A stretch of 64,000 nt of DNA from Ignavibacteriota bacterium (GTDB taxonomy: Bacteria; Bacteroidota; Ignavibacteria; UBA10030; CAVZMI01): NCBI GenBank assembly GCA_963776275.1, contig CAVZMI010000029.1, positions 29,355 through 93,354 on the forward strand. Direction: 5' to 3'. How positions within the stretch are numbered: the stretch's first letter is position 1; each line of letters starts with the position of its first letter. The position numbers were made by a program, and so were the translations under genes. Below are positions 9,610 through 18,512 of the stretch, one piece after another. The notes beneath the pieces were generated by a model that searched no databases, was not told the DNA's origin, and saw nothing but the letters and a program-made list of their open reading frames with translations.

Positions 9610-12600
9610 TCATTCCTGGTCTTCTGTATTCTCTTCTTCTGGAACTTCTTCTTCCGTTGATGGCCATTGCCACCCGAATACCTCGTTCGCAAAATTAACT
9701 TCTTTTGGCATGGGTGGTTTATAATGACGATTTCTCCCTGCCCATATCTTTCTATATTCTGTCCGCTCTTTCTGAGCAATGTCCAAAATATCCTTCATCC
9801 ATCGCCTAATATCTAATGGCCAATAAATATCATCCTTCGAGTATGTCGGTGGAAGATTTTCTGTTTGCCCTGTTCTACGATTATACTCCTCTTTTGGTTC
9901 AAAATCACTCCTTGCAGCAATTTTTACTCCTCCGGTTTTATGATCAATGACCGGTATGTCATCAACATCATTTTCTTCAAGTATTTTGAATATATTTTCT
10001 TTCTTATTCGTGATCGTATCAGGTTGAAGTAATCTAACCTGCCTCCAATTTTTTATGCTGTCGTAAAGCTTCCTCTCAACTTCATCACTATGCACCGCTG
10101 GAGTTGATATCCCACTCTTGAAGAATGATTTGAATTCATTAAAACCAACATTGCTTATCTCTCCGGGTGATGGATTGGCATGATCGTATTCTCTTTGCTC
10201 GCCCTCAATAATTTTTTCTATTTTCACACGCCGATTGACCGGATCAACAGAAACGAATCGATATAATCCATGCTTCTCCCAATTACCTCCGTTTCGAGTA
10301 AAATATCTACCTACTGGTACTACAATTCGCCGATCGGCGTCGACATATGCCGGTTCATCCGATTCCAGAAGGCCTTTATATTCAAATTGCTCATTGTTCT
10401 GTAGTAGTTGTCTTGTATAGGTTATACGTTCCTGTAGCTGCTTGCCGAGTTCATCAGACTTTTCTTCCGGCTTCATCTTTTTATACTGGATCAAGAGATT
10501 CTGATATTGATTGAATGCAGACAATCCTCTCTTTTGCATTTCCTCTCGGTTCTTCTCAATCTGTGTTTTATTCTCTGCATCTACTTTTAGGCGCTCGGCT
10601 TCGGGATCATCGGAAAGCATCACCTGTAGTTCCTGCGGTGAAAAGCTTCTTCCGGAATTCTCATTCTTCGCTTCATCTGCTGTACCATTCCACAGATCCC
10701 ATTGCCAGCCTTTCTTTCGATTGATCGCGTCAAAGAAAAATCCGTCAAATGTCCCATGTGTCATATAATAATTTATATCGACCATTTCCCTCTTGTTCCC
10801 TTGCCGAACTCCTCGACCGTTGCGCTGTTCGATCGCTGCCGGCGTCCATGGTAAGGTAAGATGATTAACGGCGCTTGTTTCTACCTGGAAATTCATACCT
10901 TCGGCCATTGTACTGTTGCCAATAACAACTTTGTATTTTCCACTGTTGTATTCTTCCGACATATGCTGTCTGTTCGATGAACTCCCGGCGGTATCAGCGT
11001 TGATTATGAGGATATCTTTCTCTGGAATACCGGCCTTAATTAATTCATTTTTGAGTTCTTTTTGTATCGCCTTAAATTCCGCAAATATCAATTGCTTTTC
11101 ACCCGTCTTATAAATTCTTAAAGTATCTTCCACGCTTTCTTTCATCTTCGGACTTACACCCTCTTCTTCTACCTCTTTGCTGGTCAATTCTGGACGGTGT
11201 TCGCTTCCTTCCTCCATCAACAGTTTAATAGAAATTGCTGCCTTCTGCATATCTGAGAGAATCGAAAAAATATGATCACCACTTTCCTTCCGTTCTTCTT
11301 CGGTCATTGCCAACAACTCTCGAGCACGTTCTCTAAGATCATTATATACTCTTTTTTGTAATGTTGTCATGTTGCTTGTGTTAAAATGCGGATCCGGTTG
11401 AGGGACCTTCAATCCTACATCCTGAGCTCGGCGCATGTCGGTATATCGCATGAAGATTGTTCGTAATTCTGGTAAGGCTTTGAAACCGGTCAAAGCTGGC
11501 CGCGGTTTTATCTCTCCACTGATATCTGCAATATCCAGAGTCTCTACATTACCGAAAGTATCGAAGAAGTCTTGCATGTTAAAAATATTTCGGCGATCGT
11601 ATTCTTCAGGAGCAATATATTGAAGCATGTTATATGCTTCCAATGGATTATTCACTGTCGGTGTTGCCGTCAAGAAAAATACATTCTTTCCATTATTCTT
11701 TTCTCGAATGAACTGCGACGCAACATACATTCGCATCGATCGCTGTACGTCCGGCTGTGTCATTGCCCATTTAATCGGCCGCCCGACAAGGCCAAAAAGA
11801 TTCCGATAACTATGAGCTTCATCGGCGAACAACGCATCCACACCCAACTGGTCAAAATATATGGTTTCTACTTTCTCGTGGCCGGCTTTTACTCGACCCA
11901 TGATTGCCCGTTCTATATTAGCTTTGGCGACTTCCACATCCCGGGCTGTGGCTTCCGCATTTGAACGTATGATGTGTCGATGCACTACATCGTCCAGAGT
12001 CCGTTGCAATATCTCCGGACTGAATGACATCATGTCAAATTTATCCCGAGTAATCAGAACAATATCATAATCATTCTGAGCGACCTGTTGTAATTTTCGT
12101 TGAACTTCCTCAAATGTATCTTCATTCCATTGGATTTTGCCTTTTACATCAAGTTGTAATGTTTCATTTTTATCCTTTTTCTCATGCATCCCTATGATCA
12201 TGATCTTCCGTTTTTTATTTCCGGAAAAGACATTGATCTCACTCACCCAATTCGCCAGGACGCTTTTCGGTACTACGATCATCGGTTTCTTCGCTATTCC
12301 CCTTTCCTTCAAAAGATAGGCCGTGGCAATCGCGGCAAAAGTCTTGCCCAATCCGGTCCCATAAGCCAGGATGCCTCGTCCCACATCAAGCATTCTCCGG
12401 ATAGCTGAATAATGGTATCGATTCAATGAAAATCCATCGTCCATTTTATCGATCGGGATGGGAGTATCGTCATACTCCTCTTTCACATAGTTGTTAAACT
12501 TTCGATTATAGGTATTCTCGAACTCTTGCCTTTTCGGATGAACTGCTAACCAGCTCCGGAAACGTTCTTTGAATTCTTCGATCGCTTCCTCACGGTCTTT

Positions 12601-13077
12601 ATTCTGGACTCCGTGCTCCAATCCTAAATTATTGAGATGCCGGATTAAATCACCGTAGAAATTGTATTCACTTGGAACAGTGCCTTTCGAATGAGTTAGA
12701 TCTACTTCGTAAATGTTCGTCGTTTCATCATACAATAAGGGTTTATTCCCCCGACTGATCATAAACTCATTCAGTACTTCAAGGGGGATCCATCGCGAAC
12801 GGAGATTGAGCGGCATCTCCTCAATCGTCCGGAATTTTACCTTTGATTGCATTGTTGTTATTTGATTTTCGAGTTTCTGAATTTTGAGTTCATTCTCTCG
12901 ATCGTCACCTCCCATCAATCGACCTATTTCATTTTTCCATCGGTCGATTTTATCATACACCGTTCCGGAAAGCAGCCTTTCCATTGGCATGTCGTAATAT
13001 AGCGGGATCAACAGCTCTTTTCGATCTTTCAGATCTATTATGTGCTCGCATGAGTGCGGTATCATAATCTGCGTCAA
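9610..13077 (-). CDS. DarB-like SNF2 helicase (N-terminal part apparently missing)
   Basis: 'LSGTVYDK', 'LRSRWIP', 'YGTGLGKT', 'DEAHSYRN', 'LTATP', 'EQRNGRGVRQGN'; no methyltransferase domain and no convincing start. Confidence 0.85.
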   Translation of the reverse strand: MTQIMIPHSCEHIIDLKDRKELLIPLYYDMPMERLLSGTVYDKIDRWKNEIGRLMGGDDRENELKIQKLENQITTMQSKVKFRTIEEMPLNLRSRWIPLEVLNEFMISRGNKPLLYDETTNIYEVDLTHSKGTVPSEYNFYGDLIRHLNNLGLEHGVQNKDREEAIEEFKERFRSWLAVHPKRQEFENTYNRKFNNYVKEEYDDTPIPIDKMDDGFSLNRYHYSAIRRMLDVGRGILAYGTGLGKTFAAIATAYLLKERGIAKKPMIVVPKSVLANWVSEINVFSGNKKRKIMIIGMHEKKDKNETLQLDVKGKIQWNEDTFEEVQRKLQQVAQNDYDIVLITRDKFDMMSFSPEILQRTLDDVVHRHIIRSNAEATARDVEVAKANIERAIMGRVKAGHEKVETIYFDQLGVDALFADEAHSYRNLFGLVGRPIKWAMTQPDVQRSMRMYVASQFIREKNNGKNVFFLTATPTVNNPLEAYNMLQYIAPEEYDRRNIFNMQDFFDTFGNVETLDIADISGEIKPRPALTGFKALPELRTIFMRYTDMRRAQDVGLKVPQPDPHFNTSNMTTLQKRVYNDLRERARELLAMTEEERKESGDHIFSILSDMQKAAISIKLLMEEGSEHRPELTSKEVEEEGVSPKMKESVEDTLRIYKTGEKQLIFAEFKAIQKELKNELIKAGIPEKDILIINADTAGSSSNRQHMSEEYNSGKYKVVIGNSTMAEGMNFQVETSAVNHLTLPWTPAAIEQRNGRGVRQGNKREMVDINYYMTHGTFDGFFFDAINRKKGWQWDLWNGTADEAKNENSGRSFSPQELQVMLSDDPEAERLKVDAENKTQIEKNREEMQKRGLSAFNQYQNLLIQYKKMKPEEKSDELGKQLQERITYTRQLLQNNEQFEYKGLLESDEPAYVDADRRIVVPVGRYFTRNGGNWEKHGLYRFVSVDPVNRRVKIEKIIEGEQREYDHANPSPGEISNVGFNEFKSFFKSGISTPAVHSDEVERKLYDSIKNWRQVRLLQPDTITNKKENIFKILEENDVDDIPVIDHKTGGVKIAARSDFEPKEEYNRRTGQTENLPPTYSKDDIYWPLDIRRWMKDILDIAQKERTEYRKIWAGRNRHYKPPMPKEVNFANEVFGWQWPSTEEEVPEEENTEDQE

Positions 13078-14002
13078 CCAGTACCAATCTTACTTTATAT
13101 CCATTCTGTTTCAATTCATGATATAATTTTTCAGCCTTCCCGGGATTCGATAGCGCTCCATCGATCACCACATTCTGTTTATTTTTTATTGCTTCTGAAA
13201 TGAGCTGCTTACTCATATGCGAACTTTCTTCATGGGCAATACTGGCCGCTTCATAATCATCGGCTGCACGGAGAATTTGGTATTCTGGTATAAATTCCTT
13301 TGCCTCATCGGCATCGACCCATACATGAGATCGATTCGATTTCAAATCACCGTACAATGTTCTAAGGATCGTACTCTTTCCGGTCCCGCCTCCACCTGCC
13401 AGAACGATCGCCTCACGCTTTCCTTCAGGCAAATCTTTCGGCACCTCTGCTGTTTGTATATTGAGAAATGCTGAATGTAGTTCGCTTCGTTCTGGTTCCC
13501 ATTGTCCATCATGGAAATATCGCCGCTCAGTGCTTATATCCTTAACCTGCGATAGAAACTCCTCATCGAGATCCTCCGGCGTAATAGTCTCAAAATCACG
13601 ATAGATATATTGCTTTAATCGATCAACATATTTCCTATTCTCTTCTTCTTCCGGTACCGGAGCTTCGCTGGCCGACGTTCTGGATATCGCGAAATGTTTT
13701 CCAAGTCTCGATTTAACAGCCAACATATGATCGGCTATGTCTGTAACCTTTACCCTCAAACCACGATATTTGACTTCATCACCAACCTTTATATCCTTCT
13801 GCCACTGTTCAAGCTTGTGGGATTGAAGCTCTTGTTTCTGAGACTGATGTTGGTCGGTCGGTTTTTGATTTCCTTTCTTCTGTTTCTCATAATCGTCATC
13901 GTTCAACCAACGTCCCTGATCTGTGGAGAACCTGCGTCGATCAGTGGGGCCAAACATCCGGACCTCGCCTTCTGTCGGCTTTTCCACTGACTTCCTAAAC
14001 AT
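12953..14002 (-). CDS. Zeta-toxin-family P-loop kinase protein (C-terminally truncated)
   Basis: 'LAGGGGTGKST', 'DADEAKEFIPEY', 'HEESS', 'NVVIDG'; ends abruptly overlapping the helicase ORF. Confidence 0.85.
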   Translation of the reverse strand: MFRKSVEKPTEGEVRMFGPTDRRRFSTDQGRWLNDDDYEKQKKGNQKPTDQHQSQKQELQSHKLEQWQKDIKVGDEVKYRGLRVKVTDIADHMLAVKSRLGKHFAISRTSASEAPVPEEEENRKYVDRLKQYIYRDFETITPEDLDEEFLSQVKDISTERRYFHDGQWEPERSELHSAFLNIQTAEVPKDLPEGKREAIVLAGGGGTGKSTILRTLYGDLKSNRSHVWVDADEAKEFIPEYQILRAADDYEAASIAHEESSHMSKQLISEAIKNKQNVVIDGALSNPGKAEKLYHELKQNGYKVRLVLVDADYDTALMRAHNRSERSKRAVDPAILRHANGKAAFRNGV

Positions 14003-17000
14003 AACGATCGCCTTTTTCCCGATCGCTCTTGAAAAACCGTATCAGTTGGCGTATGCTTTTTTTTAAGCCGCCCTTTTCATTCGCTAATTCAAAACCATAC
14101 TGCCTTGCAATATTTTCCATTTTACGATATACATCAAACGCCCCGAATTGTTCTTTTGCCGATTCCTGCTCATCGGCTGTCAGCTGCTCCTCTCCGGACC
14201 GATAGGGCTTATTCTCAAGCAGAGTTCGTTCAGCGATTGCCACCACATCCTGATACTGTTCTGCCTTCTTCTGTTCTTCAGATTTGATTGATCCGAAAAT
14301 ATCATCCTGATTCTGATCAAGTGTTTTAAGCGCATCAGAGAATCGGCGTATTTTTAGTGCGAATTGGTTTATCGATTTATTCCGGTTTTCTTCATCAAAC
14401 CGTGGATTCATTGCTTGATGATATGCTATCATGCCGACAACAGTTAACGGATCCCGGAAAAGGTTCTCTTCTTTCTTCTCTGTGGAAAGTAGATCTTCCT
14501 GCCTCATTCGATGGATGAGTGTGTCAGGATTCATCGCTTGAGGATCGTCATTTAAGAATTCCACGTTTCCGGCCCGGATATTCATCAATGATTTCGTCCC
14601 AGAACCGAGGTTGTCATAGGATTTTACCACACGGCCGAGGAAGGATTGAATATCCGCATATCCGGGGACCCGGCCTTCCGCCACTGCTCGCTGATTGTCT
14701 GCCAGGACCGAAGCCAACTTTCGTACCAATCTATGTGTTTTGTCATCCCGACCAGCAATATCCTCAATGAAGTCTTTCTTTAGTTGCGCCAGCATCGCGA
14801 TATTGACAAGTCTTGCTTGTACCGATGGATGGCTCTCAACTGCTTCACGGGCTAATCCGGAATCCTTCAAAATCTCTTGATAGAGTTGTGGATTGTTTCT
14901 GACAAACGTTCCCACGTTATTTTCATCGATCGACCGGTTACCTATACCTTCAAGATTAATACGAAAATCATATGGCGTGCGTTGTGCATTTTGGAATGCC
15001 CGGGCTTCCTCGACCTCGGTCTGCGGTAGAGCTGCACTCTTCTGACCAAATGCCGCAAGTCGACGTGCATCTTCATACGTATGCATCGGCGTCAATATCC
15101 GAACCAGCATATCGTTTTCTGTTAGTTTTTCTGTCGGAGTACCAAGTTTCTTCGCCTTATCGAGTATCATCCCGAAATACTTTTCACGCTGCACGCCTTG
15201 TGTACCTTTAATGCCGGCACTGCGGCCATTTCCTTGGATGATATAGACTTTCCCATCTCTGGAAAATGCCACTGGTGCACCGCGGGTAGCATCCGCATTG
15301 TCCGTTACCACGTCGTCGTTAATATCGGAAGCAATCTTTTGCATTTGAGTTACCGCGTGCACGTCACTCCTTTTTCTTGCCTGCAGTTCAACGGGATGCT
15401 CTGCGTTCTCTTGACCTTCGACATTATGAGATTCAACTACCGAATCCATAGGTACAAAAGCATATACCACATGATAACTATTCCCACTGCTATCTCTAAT
15501 CTTGAATGGCTCTTCGACCACAGCTTTTGCGTTCTCGGGAATTTCCGAGGTATCTCCCCATTCAAATTTACCTTTGGCCCCGCTTGTACGCGCTTCACCT
15601 ATTTTTTCTCTGAGCTTTTCGCGTAAATAATCATTCCGGCGCTGACGGATGAAGCTCTCTGCTGTATCCATGTAATCGGATATCTGTCTGGCTGCTGGCT
15701 TTTCCTTCAGAACGCCGCTTTGCGATAGAGTATTGAAAGCATCGATCTCTCGCCCTCGCTGATCATCCGCTACTTTCATTCGCTCAGCCAAGGATTGTAT
15801 GGTTGCTTTCCATTCCGGTCGACCATATGCTTCTGCGAGCTGTTCGTCAATCCCCTCTCCACTATTATCTATGAAAGAATCGAAAACATCTTTATACATG
15901 CCAGCATCAATCGGCTTACGTCCTGTTTTTTCTTTTTCGATCCTGGCTTTCGCCGTATCGACGTCCATATTCCTGATCTGCTCTTCCCTTAGTTTTCCTG
16001 TAAGTCCGACGACCAACCTCTTCATTTTCTTTGAACCATCATCGAGCTTACTATCATCGACGTTACGGCGTGTATTCTTTTTTAGGATTATATTCGTTCT
16101 CCGGTTTCCATCTATTACACCGATTTCATGACCATGCTTATAAACCGTAATGCCAGTAGCAATTTTACCGAGACGTATATCTGTATATCGGGCACCCACT
16201 GCCGGCTCCAATCTCTTCCATACTTCATCATTGATTATCCGGATGGTCCCGGGCTTCAAGAGATCTGCTTGAGTAATACCTTCTTCCATTCTGATGGCAC
16301 CAAGTTCTTTCTCGCCCTTTTGTACCGTAGCATTTCCATCTTCATCCAGGATTAAGTTTCCCTGATATTTATCGAGATCGTACTGATTGATTTTAACTTC
16401 ATCATTTCCCTTCCTCAGGACAATATCATCGCCATCGATGTCAACCAACTCCTGTGTTTCGCCTTTGTATATCAAATGAATAGGCCGGTCATTAGCCGAA
16501 ACTGTATACGTCTTTTTCTCCGGAAGCCATGTTCGGTTTAAAGTATAATGAATCTTAAACCAACCTTCTTGTTCCCATTCAACATCCTTTTGAAAATTGA
16601 AATCGTCAAGCTGATTCCAGTCTTTGGAGAGATGCTCTTTGAATTCCTTATATTCCGGTGTTTCTATCTGTTCATTGTGTATCCGGGTCACTTCTTCCTG
16701 ATATTTTTCCCCGACTGATTTTGGATGGGGTTCGAATTGCAATACTCTCTCCTGCTGCCGCTTTTTCTTTTCATCAAGAGCATTCTGTTGATAAATCTCC
16801 GTCATTTTTCCATGTTGTATATCTCCAGTTTCTTGTGAAATAGTTTTTTCCGATTGCTTCTTGGCTGCGACCTTACTTTCTGCGTCATGATTGTACTCGG
16901 TTGTCTTCAATGTACCTGTCGATCCATCTTCTTTTTTGAAAGCAACAATATCATCTGCATAATTTACAACCTGCACCTTTTCACCCTTCCATGGTATTTC

Positions 17001-17780
17001 CTGTCCGACTCGAAATTCTCGAGCTGCAGGCTTTGGAGTTCCTTCGTTTTGAACTTTATCCGTCTTCTTTTGCTGACGGCGTTCAAGCTCTTTCTTTTCC
17101 TCGTCCGCGTTCATCCACCTCATCGCACCATCCGGAGTCCGCATGAGCTTACGAATATCATTCGGCCCAAATTGCTTCGTCGTGCCCTCGGTGGGTTGCG
17201 ATTCCGGATTGAGGTTTAACTTAAATTTTCCAGCATTGAAACTGATACCGACCTTATTCGGTCTTTGGGTGATAGATCTCGGGGTATTGGTTTGAATACG
17301 CTTCCGAAGTTCTATAAAGAAATTACCTACTTCCTCGATGGCCCGGGTTTCCCGCTGATAATCAATTGCTGGCCGCAATAGACTCTTCCGGCATACCTTT
17401 CTCCCAGCACCGTTTTCAATTAAGGCCATTTGATCACCGCATTCGATCACCGTGCCCTCTGTTGTCTTCGCTCCCTTTTGTAACCAGCTTCCCGATATTT
17501 CCAGAATCTTTCCCTGTATATCACTCATGATAATACAATCATTCTCACTCTTGAAAAAGTAAACTTTTCCATGTTCGCGAGATGGAGCCGACCCCAGAAA
17601 ATTATCTATAGTCTTATCCACAAGTAAATAAGGTTTCCCATTGATAACACCGACTTCATAACTCTTAAGTATCAATGGAATTGAATTCTCTATCGGCTCG
17701 ATCAAGAGCTCAATCCCGCGTGATAGGGTATAACCTTGCACCGTCTCGGCAAAATATTTCTTTGTGTCACTCTCCATCAT
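13995..17780 (-). CDS. Large polyvalent protein with ddrB-like ParB domain
   Basis: 1261 aa; 'VESHN...ELQARKRS...QMQKIA...RGAPV...QGNGRS' matches the ddrB-ParB domain pattern. Confidence 0.8.
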   Translation of the reverse strand: MMESDTKKYFAETVQGYTLSRGIELLIEPIENSIPLILKSYEVGVINGKPYLLVDKTIDNFLGSAPSREHGKVYFFKSENDCIIMSDIQGKILEISGSWLQKGAKTTEGTVIECGDQMALIENGAGRKVCRKSLLRPAIDYQRETRAIEEVGNFFIELRKRIQTNTPRSITQRPNKVGISFNAGKFKLNLNPESQPTEGTTKQFGPNDIRKLMRTPDGAMRWMNADEEKKELERRQQKKTDKVQNEGTPKPAAREFRVGQEIPWKGEKVQVVNYADDIVAFKKEDGSTGTLKTTEYNHDAESKVAAKKQSEKTISQETGDIQHGKMTEIYQQNALDEKKKRQQERVLQFEPHPKSVGEKYQEEVTRIHNEQIETPEYKEFKEHLSKDWNQLDDFNFQKDVEWEQEGWFKIHYTLNRTWLPEKKTYTVSANDRPIHLIYKGETQELVDIDGDDIVLRKGNDEVKINQYDLDKYQGNLILDEDGNATVQKGEKELGAIRMEEGITQADLLKPGTIRIINDEVWKRLEPAVGARYTDIRLGKIATGITVYKHGHEIGVIDGNRRTNIILKKNTRRNVDDSKLDDGSKKMKRLVVGLTGKLREEQIRNMDVDTAKARIEKEKTGRKPIDAGMYKDVFDSFIDNSGEGIDEQLAEAYGRPEWKATIQSLAERMKVADDQRGREIDAFNTLSQSGVLKEKPAARQISDYMDTAESFIRQRRNDYLREKLREKIGEARTSGAKGKFEWGDTSEIPENAKAVVEEPFKIRDSSGNSYHVVYAFVPMDSVVESHNVEGQENAEHPVELQARKRSDVHAVTQMQKIASDINDDVVTDNADATRGAPVAFSRDGKVYIIQGNGRSAGIKGTQGVQREKYFGMILDKAKKLGTPTEKLTENDMLVRILTPMHTYEDARRLAAFGQKSAALPQTEVEEARAFQNAQRTPYDFRINLEGIGNRSIDENNVGTFVRNNPQLYQEILKDSGLAREAVESHPSVQARLVNIAMLAQLKKDFIEDIAGRDDKTHRLVRKLASVLADNQRAVAEGRVPGYADIQSFLGRVVKSYDNLGSGTKSLMNIRAGNVEFLNDDPQAMNPDTLIHRMRQEDLLSTEKKEENLFRDPLTVVGMIAYHQAMNPRFDEENRNKSINQFALKIRRFSDALKTLDQNQDDIFGSIKSEEQKKAEQYQDVVAIAERTLLENKPYRSGEEQLTADEQESAKEQFGAFDVYRKMENIARQYGFELANEKGGLKKSIRQLIRFFKSDREKGDRYV

Positions 17781-17949
17781 ACCTTCTTCACCTCTCGCGG
17801 TTTCTTCTTGAGTATTGCATACCCGTAAATTGTTTTTTTATTTCTAATACGACAACACAGCCATCTCACCTGTTGACTCTCCCGAACATCTACATATTGA
17901 AAAAACGAATCAATATCTTTTGGAGGATATATTCTTCGTGTATTGTCCA

Positions 17950-18210
17950 TCACCGCCTCATAAATCTCCTCAATTCTTCCTCTTGTCGTACCATTATTAA
18001 CTGGAGGGAATCAACTTGTTCCGGTTTGATATCTACTTTACTTTCCAGCCCCTTCCCCGACAATATTCTATATTTTCCAGTAAGGCTGACAAACCTGTAT
18101 ACCACTTTTGGTTCTGCCGACAACTCCCGTAATTTATAACCGAAAACTACACCTATGGCGAATAAGACAATCGCTGAGATTACGATCAGTAATCCCCGCT
18201 TTGTTGTCAT
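17950..18210 (-). CDS. Small membrane protein
   Basis: ATG 18210 overlaps the upstream stop (ATGA); one TM helix. Confidence 0.55.
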   Translation of the reverse strand: MTTKRGLLIVISAIVLFAIGVVFGYKLRELSAEPKVVYRFVSLTGKYRILSGKGLESKVDIKPEQVDSLQLIMVRQEEELRRFMRR

Positions 18211-18512
18211 AATTCTATACCGTGTTGTTTTAGCGCGGTGAGTTTTGTGATGATGTCGCTGTTGTACCATTTCTCCCATGCTTTCTCGTCCATGGCCTTC
18301 ATCCGGATGTTGCCGTTTTCAATATATTGATTCAGAGGATTCAGTCGAACATAACGACAACGGCAATTTTTCACTACTAATCCATCTACCAAATAAGAAT
18401 GATCGTTGGCAACCTCTATGTTGTAAACAAGATTATTGTCTTCAAAACATTTGTTTTCTACTATCCTGAGAAGCTTATATTTACACTTTGGATTGAAATT
18501 GACCTTTTTCAT
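18207..18512 (-). CDS. MuF head morphogenesis protein, C-terminal fragment: C-intein plus C-extein
   Basis: 'VYNIEVANDHSYLVDGLVVKN/CRCRY' = intein blocks F/G then Cys+1; different frame from the N-part; candidate ATG 18512. Confidence 0.8.
   Translation of the reverse strand: MKKVNFNPKCKYKLLRIVENKCFEDNNLVYNIEVANDHSYLVDGLVVKNCRCRYVRLNPLNQYIENGNIRMKAMDEKAWEKWYNSDIITKLTALKQHGIEL

Noticed and set aside
12953-14002. Epsilon-zeta toxin-antitoxin pair
   Set aside because: No small antitoxin upstream; the context is a virion polyvalent-protein locus.
17779-17952. TGA read-through extending the 17950 membrane protein by ~56 codons
   Set aside because: The frame stays open after TGA, but another frame is equally plausible and there is no supporting motif; unresolved without homologues.
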